A stretch of 64,000 bases of DNA from assembly GCA_964456825.1 (NCBI GenBank), contig CAYWCR010000012.1, forward strand, positions 1,223 to 65,222, given 5' to 3'. The notes beneath the pieces were generated by a model that was given only the letters and a program-made list of their open reading frames with translations, made no database searches and was not told the origin of the DNA. The stretch's first letter is position 1; each line of letters begins with the position of its first letter. A program made the translations under genes and the position numbers. This DNA comes from an uncultured Bacteroidales bacterium. GTDB taxonomy: Bacteria > Bacteroidota > Bacteroidia > Bacteroidales > UBA10428. Of the stretch, positions 21,490 through 30,224 are shown one piece after another.

Positions 21490-22431
21490 TTATAGTATAA
21501 AATTGGTTCGCAAAGAATTAACCGCATTCCGTAGATCAGTGAATGCCTCCGGTGAAACCGTTATCTTGGTCTGTGATTTTAACGTAGTAACGTTTGTCTG
21601 TTCATTTGGTTCAACCTTTACGGCTGAAGTCTGAACGATAATTTTGGAATATGCAGTTCTAAGACCCTGCAATTCATTCATAAGATTTACTATATCCACA
21701 TTTTGCTCTCCTTTCTCATTGACTTTATTGTCTTCCAGCATACGGTCGACGATAGAGAAGGATAATTTTTGTTCGGCTATTCTGTCTACCAGCTTATTTT
21801 CTTCCAGCGATTTATCTCCCACAAGCTGGGTAGCCAGGTACAATCCTTCAATCCAGCCTCCGACGAGAACAATGGCGGCCACGGCCTGTCTTTCGTTTTC
21901 CTTCAGGTATGAACTGGAGTTCAGGAAAGTCTCCGATATGATATCCATAACTACGTCCCTGTTGTTAAGGTTTTCTTCAAGCCTGATCATGGTTTCCTCG
22001 TCAATGGCATCTTTTATGTCCATGCCCTCAGCCAGTTTCCGCGTAGCATCCATATAATTCAGGGATGTCTGAGTCTGATCAAACAAACTGCAAAAGCTTA
22101 GATCGGTGGTATAAATTCCCAGGTTCAACGCCATACTTTTATTGGTAGTGTATTTCTCAACATTTCCCAGGGGATTTAACAGCTGTTCATTATAATCCGC
22201 ACCGGCGGATTTAATCAGCATAGCGGTTTCGAGTGGAGAGGGAAGGGAATAAAAGATCTTCTTGGCTTTGTCAATGTCATCAAAAATATCCTCACCCGAA
22301 ATAAATTCATCCAAACTTACTTCTTTACCTTTTTCTTTACTTTTATCTGATTTGCAGGCAGGAAAAGCAGCAAACAGCAAAAAGAGCAAAAAGGCGTGAA
22401 AGACCCTGATAGTAAAGTTTTTTAGATACAT
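21490..22431 (-). CDS. Hypothetical lipoprotein
   Basis: Lipobox-like LFAAFPAC followed by a K/E-rich linker. Otherwise no recognised motif. Confidence 0.6.
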   Translation of the reverse strand: MYLKNFTIRVFHAFLLFLLFAAFPACKSDKSKEKGKEVSLDEFISGEDIFDDIDKAKKIFYSLPSPLETAMLIKSAGADYNEQLLNPLGNVEKYTTNKSMALNLGIYTTDLSFCSLFDQTQTSLNYMDATRKLAEGMDIKDAIDEETMIRLEENLNNRDVVMDIISETFLNSSSYLKENERQAVAAIVLVGGWIEGLYLATQLVGDKSLEENKLVDRIAEQKLSFSIVDRMLEDNKVNEKGEQNVDIVNLMNELQGLRTAYSKIIVQTSAVKVEPNEQTNVTTLKSQTKITVSPEAFTDLRNAVNSLRTNFIL

Positions 22432-22564
22432 GGATTCATAGGTTTATTTATACTGTCTAATTTACATATAAATATAGTGATAGTAAAATTAATATATTTT
22501 TTCTTATTTCAAAACGTATTGCCCCATGCGTTTTCAGCAATCCTGTAATTTCACATTCAGTATA

Positions 22565-23488
22565 TCAATCGGTTAACAATGCCTTGTACTTATCTTCAAG
22601 TTCATTTTCCCAGCCGATGAGGAACCGTGTCAGATTCCCCATAACAAAATGGTCAATCTTCCCTGCATAGGTATCCTGCATTATATCATTGGGCGAAAGG
22701 TCTTTTGCCATTTTGATCTTTTTGTCGTTCCTCCTGTAAACAGTCTCATACAGGTCAGCTGCTCCGAACAGGCTCAGGATGTTCTGTGCAATAACCGCAG
22801 GATATTTGTAACTGATAATGGCGAATTCAATATCCTTGTCATCAAGATGATTCATGGGAATAGAAATGTCATTGCGAAAATAATTATTCAGCATGAACAA
22901 CAAGGCGACACTTTCTGCCTGTTTTTCATCGCGAAGAAAAGCGATCAGCCGTTCAACATTTTTTGGCGTCGGAATATCCGGTATGCCATCTTTCTGTTCT
23001 ATATTCAGCGTGCTGCCGGCCCTTTTTGCCACATAATCAGCCCATTCATTTAACAGTGCTGCCCCCTGGTTAAATCTTCCTTCAGTAACAGATTGTTTAA
23101 CAGTACCTTGAGGCAAAGCCCTTTTGACAGGAGTATATTCGGGACCAATATAATAATCCGTCATGAGATTAAGCTGTTTTTCATATTGGCCTGCTTGTTC
23201 AGACAACCATCGTACGGCGAGGTTTAGCGAATCCAATGTGGTGCGTATGTCAAATTCTGTCCAGGGCGCAGTTTCGCGACTGTCTACAAAAATAATGTAA
23301 ACCAATACATTATCTTTTAAATCCTTGCAGACATTGTTATGCTTTCCTTTTGAGAAGTCGGTTTTCCGAATGGAAAAACCTTGCGGAACCAGAAATAACA
23401 GTGAAACCAGCATAACTTTAAACGGAGCAATCATCGGTAAAATCGATATTTTTCCAAAAATACATTTTTCAAAATGGTTTAGCAGCAA
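22565..23488 (-). CDS. Hypothetical protein, probably exported
   Basis: ORF with hydrophobic N-terminus. A more likely start is at residue 19 (MIAPFKVMLVSLLFLVPQG, coordinate 23434). No motif recognised. Confidence 0.55.
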   Translation of the reverse strand: MLLNHFEKCIFGKISILPMIAPFKVMLVSLLFLVPQGFSIRKTDFSKGKHNNVCKDLKDNVLVYIIFVDSRETAPWTEFDIRTTLDSLNLAVRWLSEQAGQYEKQLNLMTDYYIGPEYTPVKRALPQGTVKQSVTEGRFNQGAALLNEWADYVAKRAGSTLNIEQKDGIPDIPTPKNVERLIAFLRDEKQAESVALLFMLNNYFRNDISIPMNHLDDKDIEFAIISYKYPAVIAQNILSLFGAADLYETVYRRNDKKIKMAKDLSPNDIMQDTYAGKIDHFVMGNLTRFLIGWENELEDKYKALLTD

Positions 23489-23520
23489 TTATTGTTCACA
23501 GATATTAACAATTTGCCCGA

Positions 23521-24165
23521 TCAGGTCCGGATTTTTTTATCAGGGTAAGGACAAATATCAGCAAGATGGCAAAGATGGCATTTAGGTCTTCGGGAAGTGC
23601 ATACATACCTTCCATGTAAAATCAGCCAGTGATGGGCAATTGGAATGAGCTTCTCAGGAATATACTGAACCAGCTGTCTTTCTGAAGCCAAAGGAGTCCT
23701 GGCATTACGGGTCAGCCCGAGTCTTGCTGAAACCCTGAAAACATGCGTATCCACCGCAAGTGCTGGTTGATTAAATACGACCGCTGCAATCACATTGGCC
23801 GTTTTTCTGCCAACGCCGGGCAATCTCATAAGATCTTCAATCCCTGAGGGTACAATTCCTCCGAATTCGTTCAACAAAGTACGCGCCATTCCGACCAGGT
23901 GCTTCGATTTGTTATTCGGATAGGAACAGCTTTTTATATATTCATACACTTCCTGTGGTGTAGAACCGGCCATGTCGCTAACGGTCGGAAAACGATGCAG
24001 CAGGGCAGGGGTGATCATATTGACCCGTTTGTCAGTGCATTGGGCTGAAAGAATAACAGCTACCAGGAGTTCGTAGGGAGTTCTGTATAAAAGCTCAGTC
24101 TCCGCAACAGGCATATGCTGCTGAAAACGTTCAATTACCCTGGCAAATCGTTCTTTCCTGTTCAT
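23521..24165 (-). CDS. nth: Endonuclease III
   Basis: HhH-GPD block (LMRLPGVGRKTANVI). C-terminal 4Fe-4S cluster loop CTSRRPKCHLCHLADIC. Confidence 0.9.
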   Translation of the reverse strand: MNRKERFARVIERFQQHMPVAETELLYRTPYELLVAVILSAQCTDKRVNMITPALLHRFPTVSDMAGSTPQEVYEYIKSCSYPNNKSKHLVGMARTLLNEFGGIVPSGIEDLMRLPGVGRKTANVIAAVVFNQPALAVDTHVFRVSARLGLTRNARTPLASERQLVQYIPEKLIPIAHHWLILHGRYVCTSRRPKCHLCHLADICPYPDKKIRT

Positions 24166-24226
24166 GAGGTGATGTATTGGATAAATAAGTCATACAGCCT
24201 GCCTGCATCGCCTTTGCGTAACCGCT

Positions 24227-24284
24227 AACAATTAACAATTAACAATTATGCCTTATGCCTTTTGCCTTTTACCTTTTGCCTTTT
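24227..24284. repeat. Composite heptamer array (AACAATT)x3 followed by (WTRCCTT)x5
   Basis: aacaatt x3 (24227-24247), then atgcctt atgcctt ttgcctt ttacctt ttgcctt (24248-24282). The same composite occurs in inverted orientation at 43363-43483. Confidence 0.9.
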
Positions 24285-24380
24285 AGCCACCGGCTACTGT
24301 CAAAAATACCAAATAATCCATTAATTTCAACCACTGGTTTGTCTGCTGCAGTTCGATTTTGAATATTCAAAAACTTTGTT

Positions 24381-24388
24381 TATTTTTG
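24381..24388 (+). promoter_or_regulatory. Candidate Bacteroidota -7 promoter box (TAnnTTTG) for the aromatic amino-acid operon leader
   Basis: tatttttg matches TAnnTTTG and ends 17 nt upstream of the leader ATG at 24406. Confidence 0.5.
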
Positions 24389-24405
24389 CACTCCAATAAG
24401 ATTAT

Positions 24406-24468
24406 ATGAATAATTATACAACCATAGCATTCTATTTTTATTATTTTTTTTACTTCCGGAAAACCTGA
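24406..24468 (+). CDS. Phe/Tyr-rich leader peptide (20 codons) of a transcription attenuator
   Basis: ATG AAT AAT TAT ACA ACC ATA GCA TTC TAT TTT TAT TAT TTT TTT TAC TTC CGG AAA ACC TGA translates to MNNYTTIAFYFYYFFYF RKT. It contains nine consecutive aromatic codons (5 Phe and 5 Tyr in total). Too short for the ORF track. Confidence 0.65.
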   Translation: MNNYTTIAFYFYYFFYFRKT

Positions 24469-24505
24469 AGGGGCTTTGTTTGTATAATAAACTAAGGCAT
24501 TATAT

Positions 24506-24540
24506 AAAGGAGTCCCGGAAAAACGGGGCTCCTTTTTTTT
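24506..24540 (+). terminator. Intrinsic terminator of the attenuator, 26 nt upstream of the pheA ATG
   Basis: GGAGTCCCG (24509-24517) pairs with CGGGGCTCC (24524-24532): 9 bp including one G.U, with a 6-nt loop. It is followed by T8 (24533-24540). Confidence 0.75.
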
Positions 24541-24566
24541 ATAACCTGTCACCTTGAACGTTAATT

Positions 24567-25427
24567 ATGAATGAAACTGCTGTAAAGCCAAAAAGAATCG
24601 CAATCCAGGGAGGCTATGGCGCTTTCCACGAGATTGCAGCCTTGAATTATTTCGAAAACGAAGAAATTGAGATCATACCGCGAAACACATTCAAAGACTT
24701 ATTCCAGGCATTAAAACAAGGTTTTGTGGATTATGGGATCACGGCCATTGAAAATTCCATTGCAGGAAGCATCTTACCGAATTATACCCTGCTGCTGGAA
24801 TCCAATCTGAGCATCATCGGGGAAATATTCCTGCGGATAGAGCAAAACATGGTTGCCTTACCCGGCCAGCGAATAGAAGATATCCGGGAAGTGCATTCAC
24901 ACCCCATGGCCATTCTGCAATGCATGCGTTTCTTTGACGATTATCCGCACATCGTGCTGGTGGACAGTATTGACACAGCCTTATGTGCAAAGGAAATTGC
25001 TGACAGGAAGATCATGGGAAGAGCGGCAATTGCAGGCAAAAAAGCAGCCCGTCAGTACGGACTTGAAATTATTGCAGAGAGCATTGAAACCCACAAAATG
25101 AATTATACCCGGTTTCTTATACTGAAAGGGAAAAACGGAAAAAATCTGATATCAGTGGTTGCGAACAAAGCTTCCGTCACCTTCGCCCTGGCTCATAAAA
25201 TTGGCTGTCTTTCGAAAGTATTGTCCATTTTGTCCTATTATAATATCAACCTGGCTAAAATACAGTCCATGCCTATTATTGGCAAAGACTGGGAATATCA
25301 GTTCTTTGTGGATGTGGAAATTGATGATTATCCCTTATATCTTCAGGCATTGGAAGCTATTAAACCATTTACAAGCCATCTTCAGATCCTTGGAGAGTAT
25401 CTCAAGGGTAAGGCAATACAAGAATAA
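24567..25427 (+). CDS. pheA: Prephenate dehydratase
   Basis: PDT domain (IAIQGGYGAFHE) plus a C-terminal ACT domain (ASVTFALAHKIGCLSKVLSIL...NLAKIQSMP). Confidence 0.9.
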   Translation: MNETAVKPKRIAIQGGYGAFHEIAALNYFENEEIEIIPRNTFKDLFQALKQGFVDYGITAIENSIAGSILPNYTLLLESNLSIIGEIFLRIEQNMVALPGQRIEDIREVHSHPMAILQCMRFFDDYPHIVLVDSIDTALCAKEIADRKIMGRAAIAGKKAARQYGLEIIAESIETHKMNYTRFLILKGKNGKNLISVVANKASVTFALAHKIGCLSKVLSILSYYNINLAKIQSMPIIGKDWEYQFFVDVEIDDYPLYLQALEAIKPFTSHLQILGEYLKGKAIQE

Positions 25428-25431
25428 TCCC

Positions 25432-26520
25432 ATGAGTATTACACTTAAATTAACGCCCTTCACTTTTGAAGGTGTTCCGGAGGAGCGGCCCCTGGTTATG
25501 TCAGGTCCATGCAGCGCTGAGTCGGAGGAACAGGTTATGGAAACAGCCATACAACTAAAAAATGCCGGGATAAAAATATTCCGGGCTGGCATCTGGAAAC
25601 CCCGCACACGCCCCAGTGCTTTTGAGGGAGTCGGAAAGGAAGGATTGCCCTGGCTGAAACGCGTAAAAGAGGAATTAAAAATGTATACGGCTACCGAAGT
25701 AGCCAATGTGAAACATGTATACGATGCGCTGAAAGCCGGAATTGACATGCTTTGGCTGGGGGCAAGGACAACGGCGAATCCTTTTGCCGTCCAGGAAATC
25801 GCAGATGCCTTAAAAGGCGTGGATATTCCGATACTAATAAAGAATCCCATCAATCCTGATGTGGAATTATGGATTGGTGCCTTTGAACGGCTTAACCAGG
25901 CAGGCATTACAAAACTTGCCGCAATTCACCGGGGATTTTCCCTTTACAGCAAGACCCTGTACCGCAATCATCCGCAATGGGAAATCCCCATTGAGCTGAA
26001 ACGAAGAATACCGGATCTGCCTATCATAACGGATCCCAGCCATATTTGCGGAAGCAGGGACCTGTTGTTTGAAGTATCCCAAAGAGCAATGGACCTCGAT
26101 TTTGATGGGCTGATCATTGAAACCCATTGCCATCCTGATAAAGCACTTAGTGATGCACAGCAGCAGATCACCCCTGGCGACCTGCAGAAATTGCTCAGCA
26201 GACTGATCCTCAGGAAAGCCAACATCGAAAGCAATGCTCTTTTGTCAACCCTGGAAGAACTGCGCCATGAAATTGATAAATATGACGACCGGCTGGTGGA
26301 AATATTCGAACTTAGAATGGCCGTGGCACGAAAAATCGGCCTTTATAAGAAAAACAACAATATTACCATCCTCCAGACCAACCGCTGGGATGAAATACTG
26401 AAACACCGGATTGATCAGGCGGCACAGAAAGGATTGAGTGAGGAATTCATCATTAAGGTTTTCCGGGCCATTCATGAAGAATCCATCAATCATCAGACCA
26501 GGGTTATGAATGAACAATGA
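25432..26520 (+). CDS. Bifunctional 3-deoxy-7-phosphoheptulonate synthase / chorismate mutase type II
   Basis: KDSA-like DAHPS core (SGPCSAESEEQ, KPRT.P..F.G, DPSH). C-terminal CM helix bundle (LEELRHEIDKYDDRLVEIFELRMAVARKIG). The start is at MSITLK (25432), 4 nt after the pheA stop. The ORF-track start at 25159 would overlap pheA. Confidence 0.9.
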   Translation: MSITLKLTPFTFEGVPEERPLVMSGPCSAESEEQVMETAIQLKNAGIKIFRAGIWKPRTRPSAFEGVGKEGLPWLKRVKEELKMYTATEVANVKHVYDALKAGIDMLWLGARTTANPFAVQEIADALKGVDIPILIKNPINPDVELWIGAFERLNQAGITKLAAIHRGFSLYSKTLYRNHPQWEIPIELKRRIPDLPIITDPSHICGSRDLLFEVSQRAMDLDFDGLIIETHCHPDKALSDAQQQITPGDLQKLLSRLILRKANIESNALLSTLEELRHEIDKYDDRLVEIFELRMAVARKIGLYKKNNNITILQTNRWDEILKHRIDQAAQKGLSEEFIIKVFRAIHEESINHQTRVMNEQ

Positions 26521-26575
26521 GCAATGAACAATGAGCAATGAACAATGAACAATGAGCAATGAACAACAAACAATA
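26506..26575. repeat. Heptamer array (ARCAATG)x~10 that begins inside the last codons of the DAHPS/CM gene
   Basis: atgaatg aacaatg agcaatg aacaatg agcaatg aacaatg aacaatg agcaatg aacaaca aacaata. Codons AAT GAA CAA TGA (..NEQ stop, 26509-26520) are part of the array. Confidence 0.9.
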
Positions 26576-26604
26576 AAGCAGGTTACAGATTTACCAGTTC
26601 ACAA

Positions 26605-26626
26605 ACCTGCCTGCCGGCAGGCAGGT
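26605..26626. repeat. Perfect 22-nt palindrome ACCTGCCTGCCGGCAGGCAGGT (GCCTGCCTG family)
   Basis: Self-complementary over its full length. Lies 15 nt upstream of the aroB start. Confidence 0.9.
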
Positions 26627-26640
26627 CAACAAATACTCAT

Positions 26641-27669
26641 GTGAGATCCATAGCCATAACCACTGAAAACAAAGTTTCACGGATCCTTATCGGTGAATCA
26701 CTGAAAAACCTGGGGAATTACCTCCCCCCGGGTAAATCCATCATCATTACCGATGACAATATCCTTCGTTATTATGCCGGAGCGCTGCCACCCATGCCGG
26801 TGATTACTATTGGCACTGGAGAAAAGCATAAAACAATGGAGACCCTTACCCATATTTTCGAAAGGTTGATCGACCTGGAAGCCGACCGCACCACCTTTAT
26901 TATCGGTATCGGCGGGGGTATTGTGTGCGATGTTGCCGGATTTGCTGCCTCGGTTTATATGCGTGGGCTCCAGTTCGGATTTGTCTCCACCACCTTGTTG
27001 TCACAGGTTGACGCAAGTGTCGGCGGGAAAAACGGAGTTAATTTCCGGCGGTTTAAAAATATGCTTGGAGTTTTCAACCAGCCTGAATTTGTTATCTGTG
27101 ATCCCCTGATGCTGAAAACACTTCAGCAAAATGAGTTTGTCGCAGGATTTGCTGAAATCGTCAAAGCCGGCGTTATTAAGTCAGCACCGTTGTTTGATTA
27201 TCTTGAGGAAAATGCGGAAAAAGCCTTGATGGCTGACCCGGAAGTGCTGGAAAACCTGGTTTATGAATCCGTCAGGATTAAGGCTGAGGTGGTGGAAGCT
27301 GATGAAAAGGAAAAAGGGGAAAGAAAAAAACTAAATTTCGGTCATACCTTTGCCCATGCTTTTGAAAATATGGCAGAAATTCTTCATGGTGAAGCCGTGA
27401 GCATGGGTATGGTATTGGCATCCAAACTGTCGCGTGACATTGGTTTTCTGGCAGCGGAAGAGGCTAACCGCATTGAACGTCTTTTATCCCGGCTGCAACT
27501 GCCGGTTAAACCCGTGATGGAACCAGGACTGGCATTGGCACCTATGAAACAGGATAAGAAAAGGGAGGGCGATGCTGTTCATATGGTCCTGCTGAAAAAG
27601 ATAGGAGAAGCTGTAATTGAAAAAATTACCTACAACAAACTGGAGGAAATAATCCATGATTTGCGTTAG
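26641..27669 (+). CDS. aroB: 3-dehydroquinate synthase
   Basis: GIGGGIVCDVAGFAAS, VDASVGGKNG, and the HTFAHAFE / HGEAVSMGM metal-site blocks. GTG start: the ATG at 26639 is out of frame and runs straight into TGA. Confidence 0.9.
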   Translation: MRSIAITTENKVSRILIGESLKNLGNYLPPGKSIIITDDNILRYYAGALPPMPVITIGTGEKHKTMETLTHIFERLIDLEADRTTFIIGIGGGIVCDVAGFAASVYMRGLQFGFVSTTLLSQVDASVGGKNGVNFRRFKNMLGVFNQPEFVICDPLMLKTLQQNEFVAGFAEIVKAGVIKSAPLFDYLEENAEKALMADPEVLENLVYESVRIKAEVVEADEKEKGERKKLNFGHTFAHAFENMAEILHGEAVSMGMVLASKLSRDIGFLAAEEANRIERLLSRLQLPVKPVMEPGLALAPMKQDKKREGDAVHMVLLKKIGEAVIEKITYNKLEEIIHDLR

Positions 27670-28294
27670 TATTTGTGAAAAGGACATCGATAAGTGTCAT
27701 GCTATTATTGAAAAGACGGAAATATCTGAGATCCGTCTCGATATGACCGATTTCGGTGACGATGAGATAGAGCGGATTTTTTCCTGCCGCAAAAGGCTTA
27801 TTGCTACCTGCAGACCTCTAAAACATTCGATGGATAAGCAAATGGAAATGTTGAAAAAGGCCATCAAATGCGGGGCAACATACGTGGATATCGAATATGA
27901 GGCACCGGATGAGTACAAACAGGAACTAATCGATTTTGCACATCATCATGAATGCTATGTGATCATATCCTATCATAATTTTGAGATGACTCCTGAAGTG
28001 GAGGAACTTGAGGAAATAATGAAGGGTTGCTTTGCCCAGGGATGTGATATTGCAAAAATTGTGACCCTGGTAAGGGTTAACCGGGATAATTCAAAAATAC
28101 TTTCCTTATACAAGAGTCCGGGCCGCCTGATTGCCTTCGGCATGGGGGATCTCGGTAAAATAACCCGCATTGTAGCGCCGTTCCTGGGTGCGGAGTTTAC
28201 ATATGCAGCCATGGATGAAGGGGATCCGACTGCCCCGGGTCAGATAAGGTACACTAGGCTGAAGGAATTTATTTCATCCATTCAACAAATCTGA
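27656..28294 (+). CDS. aroD: Type I 3-dehydroquinate dehydratase
   Basis: 212 aa. MICVSI...EIRLD start and YHNFE..TP block typical of AroD. Overlaps the aroB end by 14 nt. Confidence 0.8.
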   Translation: MICVSICEKDIDKCHAIIEKTEISEIRLDMTDFGDDEIERIFSCRKRLIATCRPLKHSMDKQMEMLKKAIKCGATYVDIEYEAPDEYKQELIDFAHHHECYVIISYHNFEMTPEVEELEEIMKGCFAQGCDIAKIVTLVRVNRDNSKILSLYKSPGRLIAFGMGDLGKITRIVAPFLGAEFTYAAMDEGDPTAPGQIRYTRLKEFISSIQQI

Positions 28295-28297
28295 AGC

Positions 28298-29302
28298 ATG
28301 AACAGTTTTGGCAAATTATTTCGGGTAAGCATCTTTGGAGAATCACATGGTACCAATGTCGGTCTGGTGATCGATGGTTGTCCTGCCGGCCTGCCGCTGA
28401 CCGTGGAAGAATTTGCGGAAGACTTTAACCGGCGCAGGAGCGGTGCCAGGGGCACTACACCCCGTACAGAAACCGATCAGCCGGGCCTTAAAAGCGGTGT
28501 TTTCCATGATCACACAACCGGAGCCCCCGTTATGATATTGTTCGAAAACACCAATACCCGCTCGCGCGATTATGCCCAACTGAGAGATATCCCCCGGCCG
28601 GGCCATGCTGATTTTGTGGCGATGAAGAAATTTGGCGGGTATGAAGATTACCGGGGAGGCGGTCATTTTTCGGGAAGACTCACCCTTGGCCTTGTAGCTG
28701 CCGGAGTGATCGCTAAAAAAATCATTGCTCCGGTGAAGGTAAGCACCCGAATAATGGAAGCCGGTGGCAATAAAAATATTGAGGAAGCCATAACGGCGGC
28801 TGTTGAGCAAAAGGATTCCATCGGCGGAATTATCGAATGCAGGGTTATGAATGTACCGGTCGGTTTGGGTGAACCTTTTTTTGATTCAGTTGAATCTGTA
28901 TTGAGCCATATGATGCTCTCCATACCTGCTATCAAGGGGATTGAATTCGGATCAGGTTTTGCCGCTGCAACAATGAAAGGCAGCGAACACAATGATAAAC
29001 TGGTTTCCGTCGACGGAAAAACAGCGACCAATTATGCCGGTGGAATAAACGGGGGAATTACCAATGGCAACGAGATTGTTTTCAGGGTCCCGGTAAAACC
29101 TACTTCAAGTATACACCTGAAACAGCGAACCATGAATGTCAACATTGGCGAAATGACTGACCTTGAGATTGAAGGCAGGCATGATACGTGTATTGCGCTG
29201 CGTATACCTGTGGTGATTGAAGCTGCCACAGCCATCGTGCTGACAGATTTCATGATGCAGGCAGGATTGATCCCCAGGATATGGGGTAAAGGCAGCAATT
29301 GA
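28298..29302 (+). CDS. aroC: Chorismate synthase
   Basis: FGESHG, RPGHAD and GGG.FSGR blocks. EGRHDTCIA near the C-terminus. Confidence 0.9.
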   Translation: MNSFGKLFRVSIFGESHGTNVGLVIDGCPAGLPLTVEEFAEDFNRRRSGARGTTPRTETDQPGLKSGVFHDHTTGAPVMILFENTNTRSRDYAQLRDIPRPGHADFVAMKKFGGYEDYRGGGHFSGRLTLGLVAAGVIAKKIIAPVKVSTRIMEAGGNKNIEEAITAAVEQKDSIGGIIECRVMNVPVGLGEPFFDSVESVLSHMMLSIPAIKGIEFGSGFAAATMKGSEHNDKLVSVDGKTATNYAGGINGGITNGNEIVFRVPVKPTSSIHLKQRTMNVNIGEMTDLEIEGRHDTCIALRIPVVIEAATAIVLTDFMMQAGLIPRIWGKGSN

Positions 29303-29343
29303 GGTTCGACCGGAAGAACCCACATTAACGGGAAACGAAAAGT

Positions 29344-29364
29344 GAACATTGAACAGTGAACAAT
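29344..29364. repeat. Heptamer array GAACAnT x3
   Basis: gaacatt gaacagt gaacaat. Same word family as 26506-26575. Confidence 0.7.
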
Positions 29365-29424
29365 GACCCTCCTTCGCCATGGTTAAGGCAGGCAAGTCAG
29401 TAAACAAAACATAAAACAGCATCT

Positions 29425-30198
29425 ATGAAAATCTTAGTTGTCGGAGCCGGAAAAATGGGCACCTGGTTGATTGAATCCCTTTGCCTTGATCATGAAGTTG
29501 CCGCTTTTGATACGGATCTCAACCGGCTGAAATATTTATTTAATACCATAAAATTAGTTACGCACGAGGAAATTACAGCGTTTGATCCTGATATGGTTAT
29601 CAATGCTGTAAGCCTTGAAAGAACCATACCGGTATACCATGACATCATACCGCTTCTCAGCGAAAAATGCCTGCTGGCAGATATTACTTCGGTTAAAAAC
29701 GGGTTGCGCAATTTTTATCTGCAACAGGGAAGAAGATTTGTATCAACCCACCCTATGTTCGGTCCTACTTTTGCCAACATCAAAAGTCTTGCCGGGCAGA
29801 ATGCCATTATTATCAGTGAGTCGGATGAAGAAGGGAAAAAATTCTTCCATAATTTTTTCAATGGCTTTAATCTTAATATTTTTGAGTACTCGTTTACAGA
29901 ACATGATCAAACCATTGCGTATTCCCTTTCCATACCGTTTGCTTCCAGCATGGTATTTGCTGCATGCATGAAAAAGCAGGAAGCCCCAGGAACAACTTTT
30001 AAAAAACATTATGAAATAGCCCGCGGCGTTTTGTCAGAAGATGATTATCTCCTGGCTGAGATATTGTTCAGTCCCTATACCCATGATCAGATTGAAAGGA
30101 TTGGTGAACGCCTTAATTTTCTTAAGGAGATCATCAATGAGAAAAGCTTTGTGAAAATGAAGCAGTTTTTGGATGATCTCAGGGATAATATAAAGTAA
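29425..30198 (+). CDS. tyrA: Prephenate dehydrogenase
   Basis: MKILVVGAGKMG Rossmann start, STHPMFGP block. Last gene of the aromatic operon. Confidence 0.8.
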   Translation: MKILVVGAGKMGTWLIESLCLDHEVAAFDTDLNRLKYLFNTIKLVTHEEITAFDPDMVINAVSLERTIPVYHDIIPLLSEKCLLADITSVKNGLRNFYLQQGRRFVSTHPMFGPTFANIKSLAGQNAIIISESDEEGKKFFHNFFNGFNLNIFEYSFTEHDQTIAYSLSIPFASSMVFAACMKKQEAPGTTFKKHYEIARGVLSEDDYLLAEILFSPYTHDQIERIGERLNFLKEIINEKSFVKMKQFLDDLRDNIK

Positions 30199-30224
30199 CC
30201 GCCTGCCGTTACCGGTTACTTTTT
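30194..30224 (+). terminator. Intrinsic terminator overlapping the tyrA stop
   Basis: agtaaccg (30194-30201) pairs with cggttact (30213-30220), followed by tttt. Located between convergent genes. Confidence 0.55.

Noticed and set aside
25159-25431. N-terminal 91-codon extension of the DAHPS/CM ORF suggested by the ORF track
   Set aside because: It overlaps the last 270 nt of pheA in another frame and translates to a low-complexity, Cys/Trp-rich sequence. The recognisable DAHPS sequence begins at the Met at 25432, 4 nt after the pheA stop.
26506-26575. Tandem arrays considered as possible CRISPR arrays
   Set aside because: The units are only 7-8 nt and directly abut each other without spacers. 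No cas genes are in the window. This applies to all the arrays listed.
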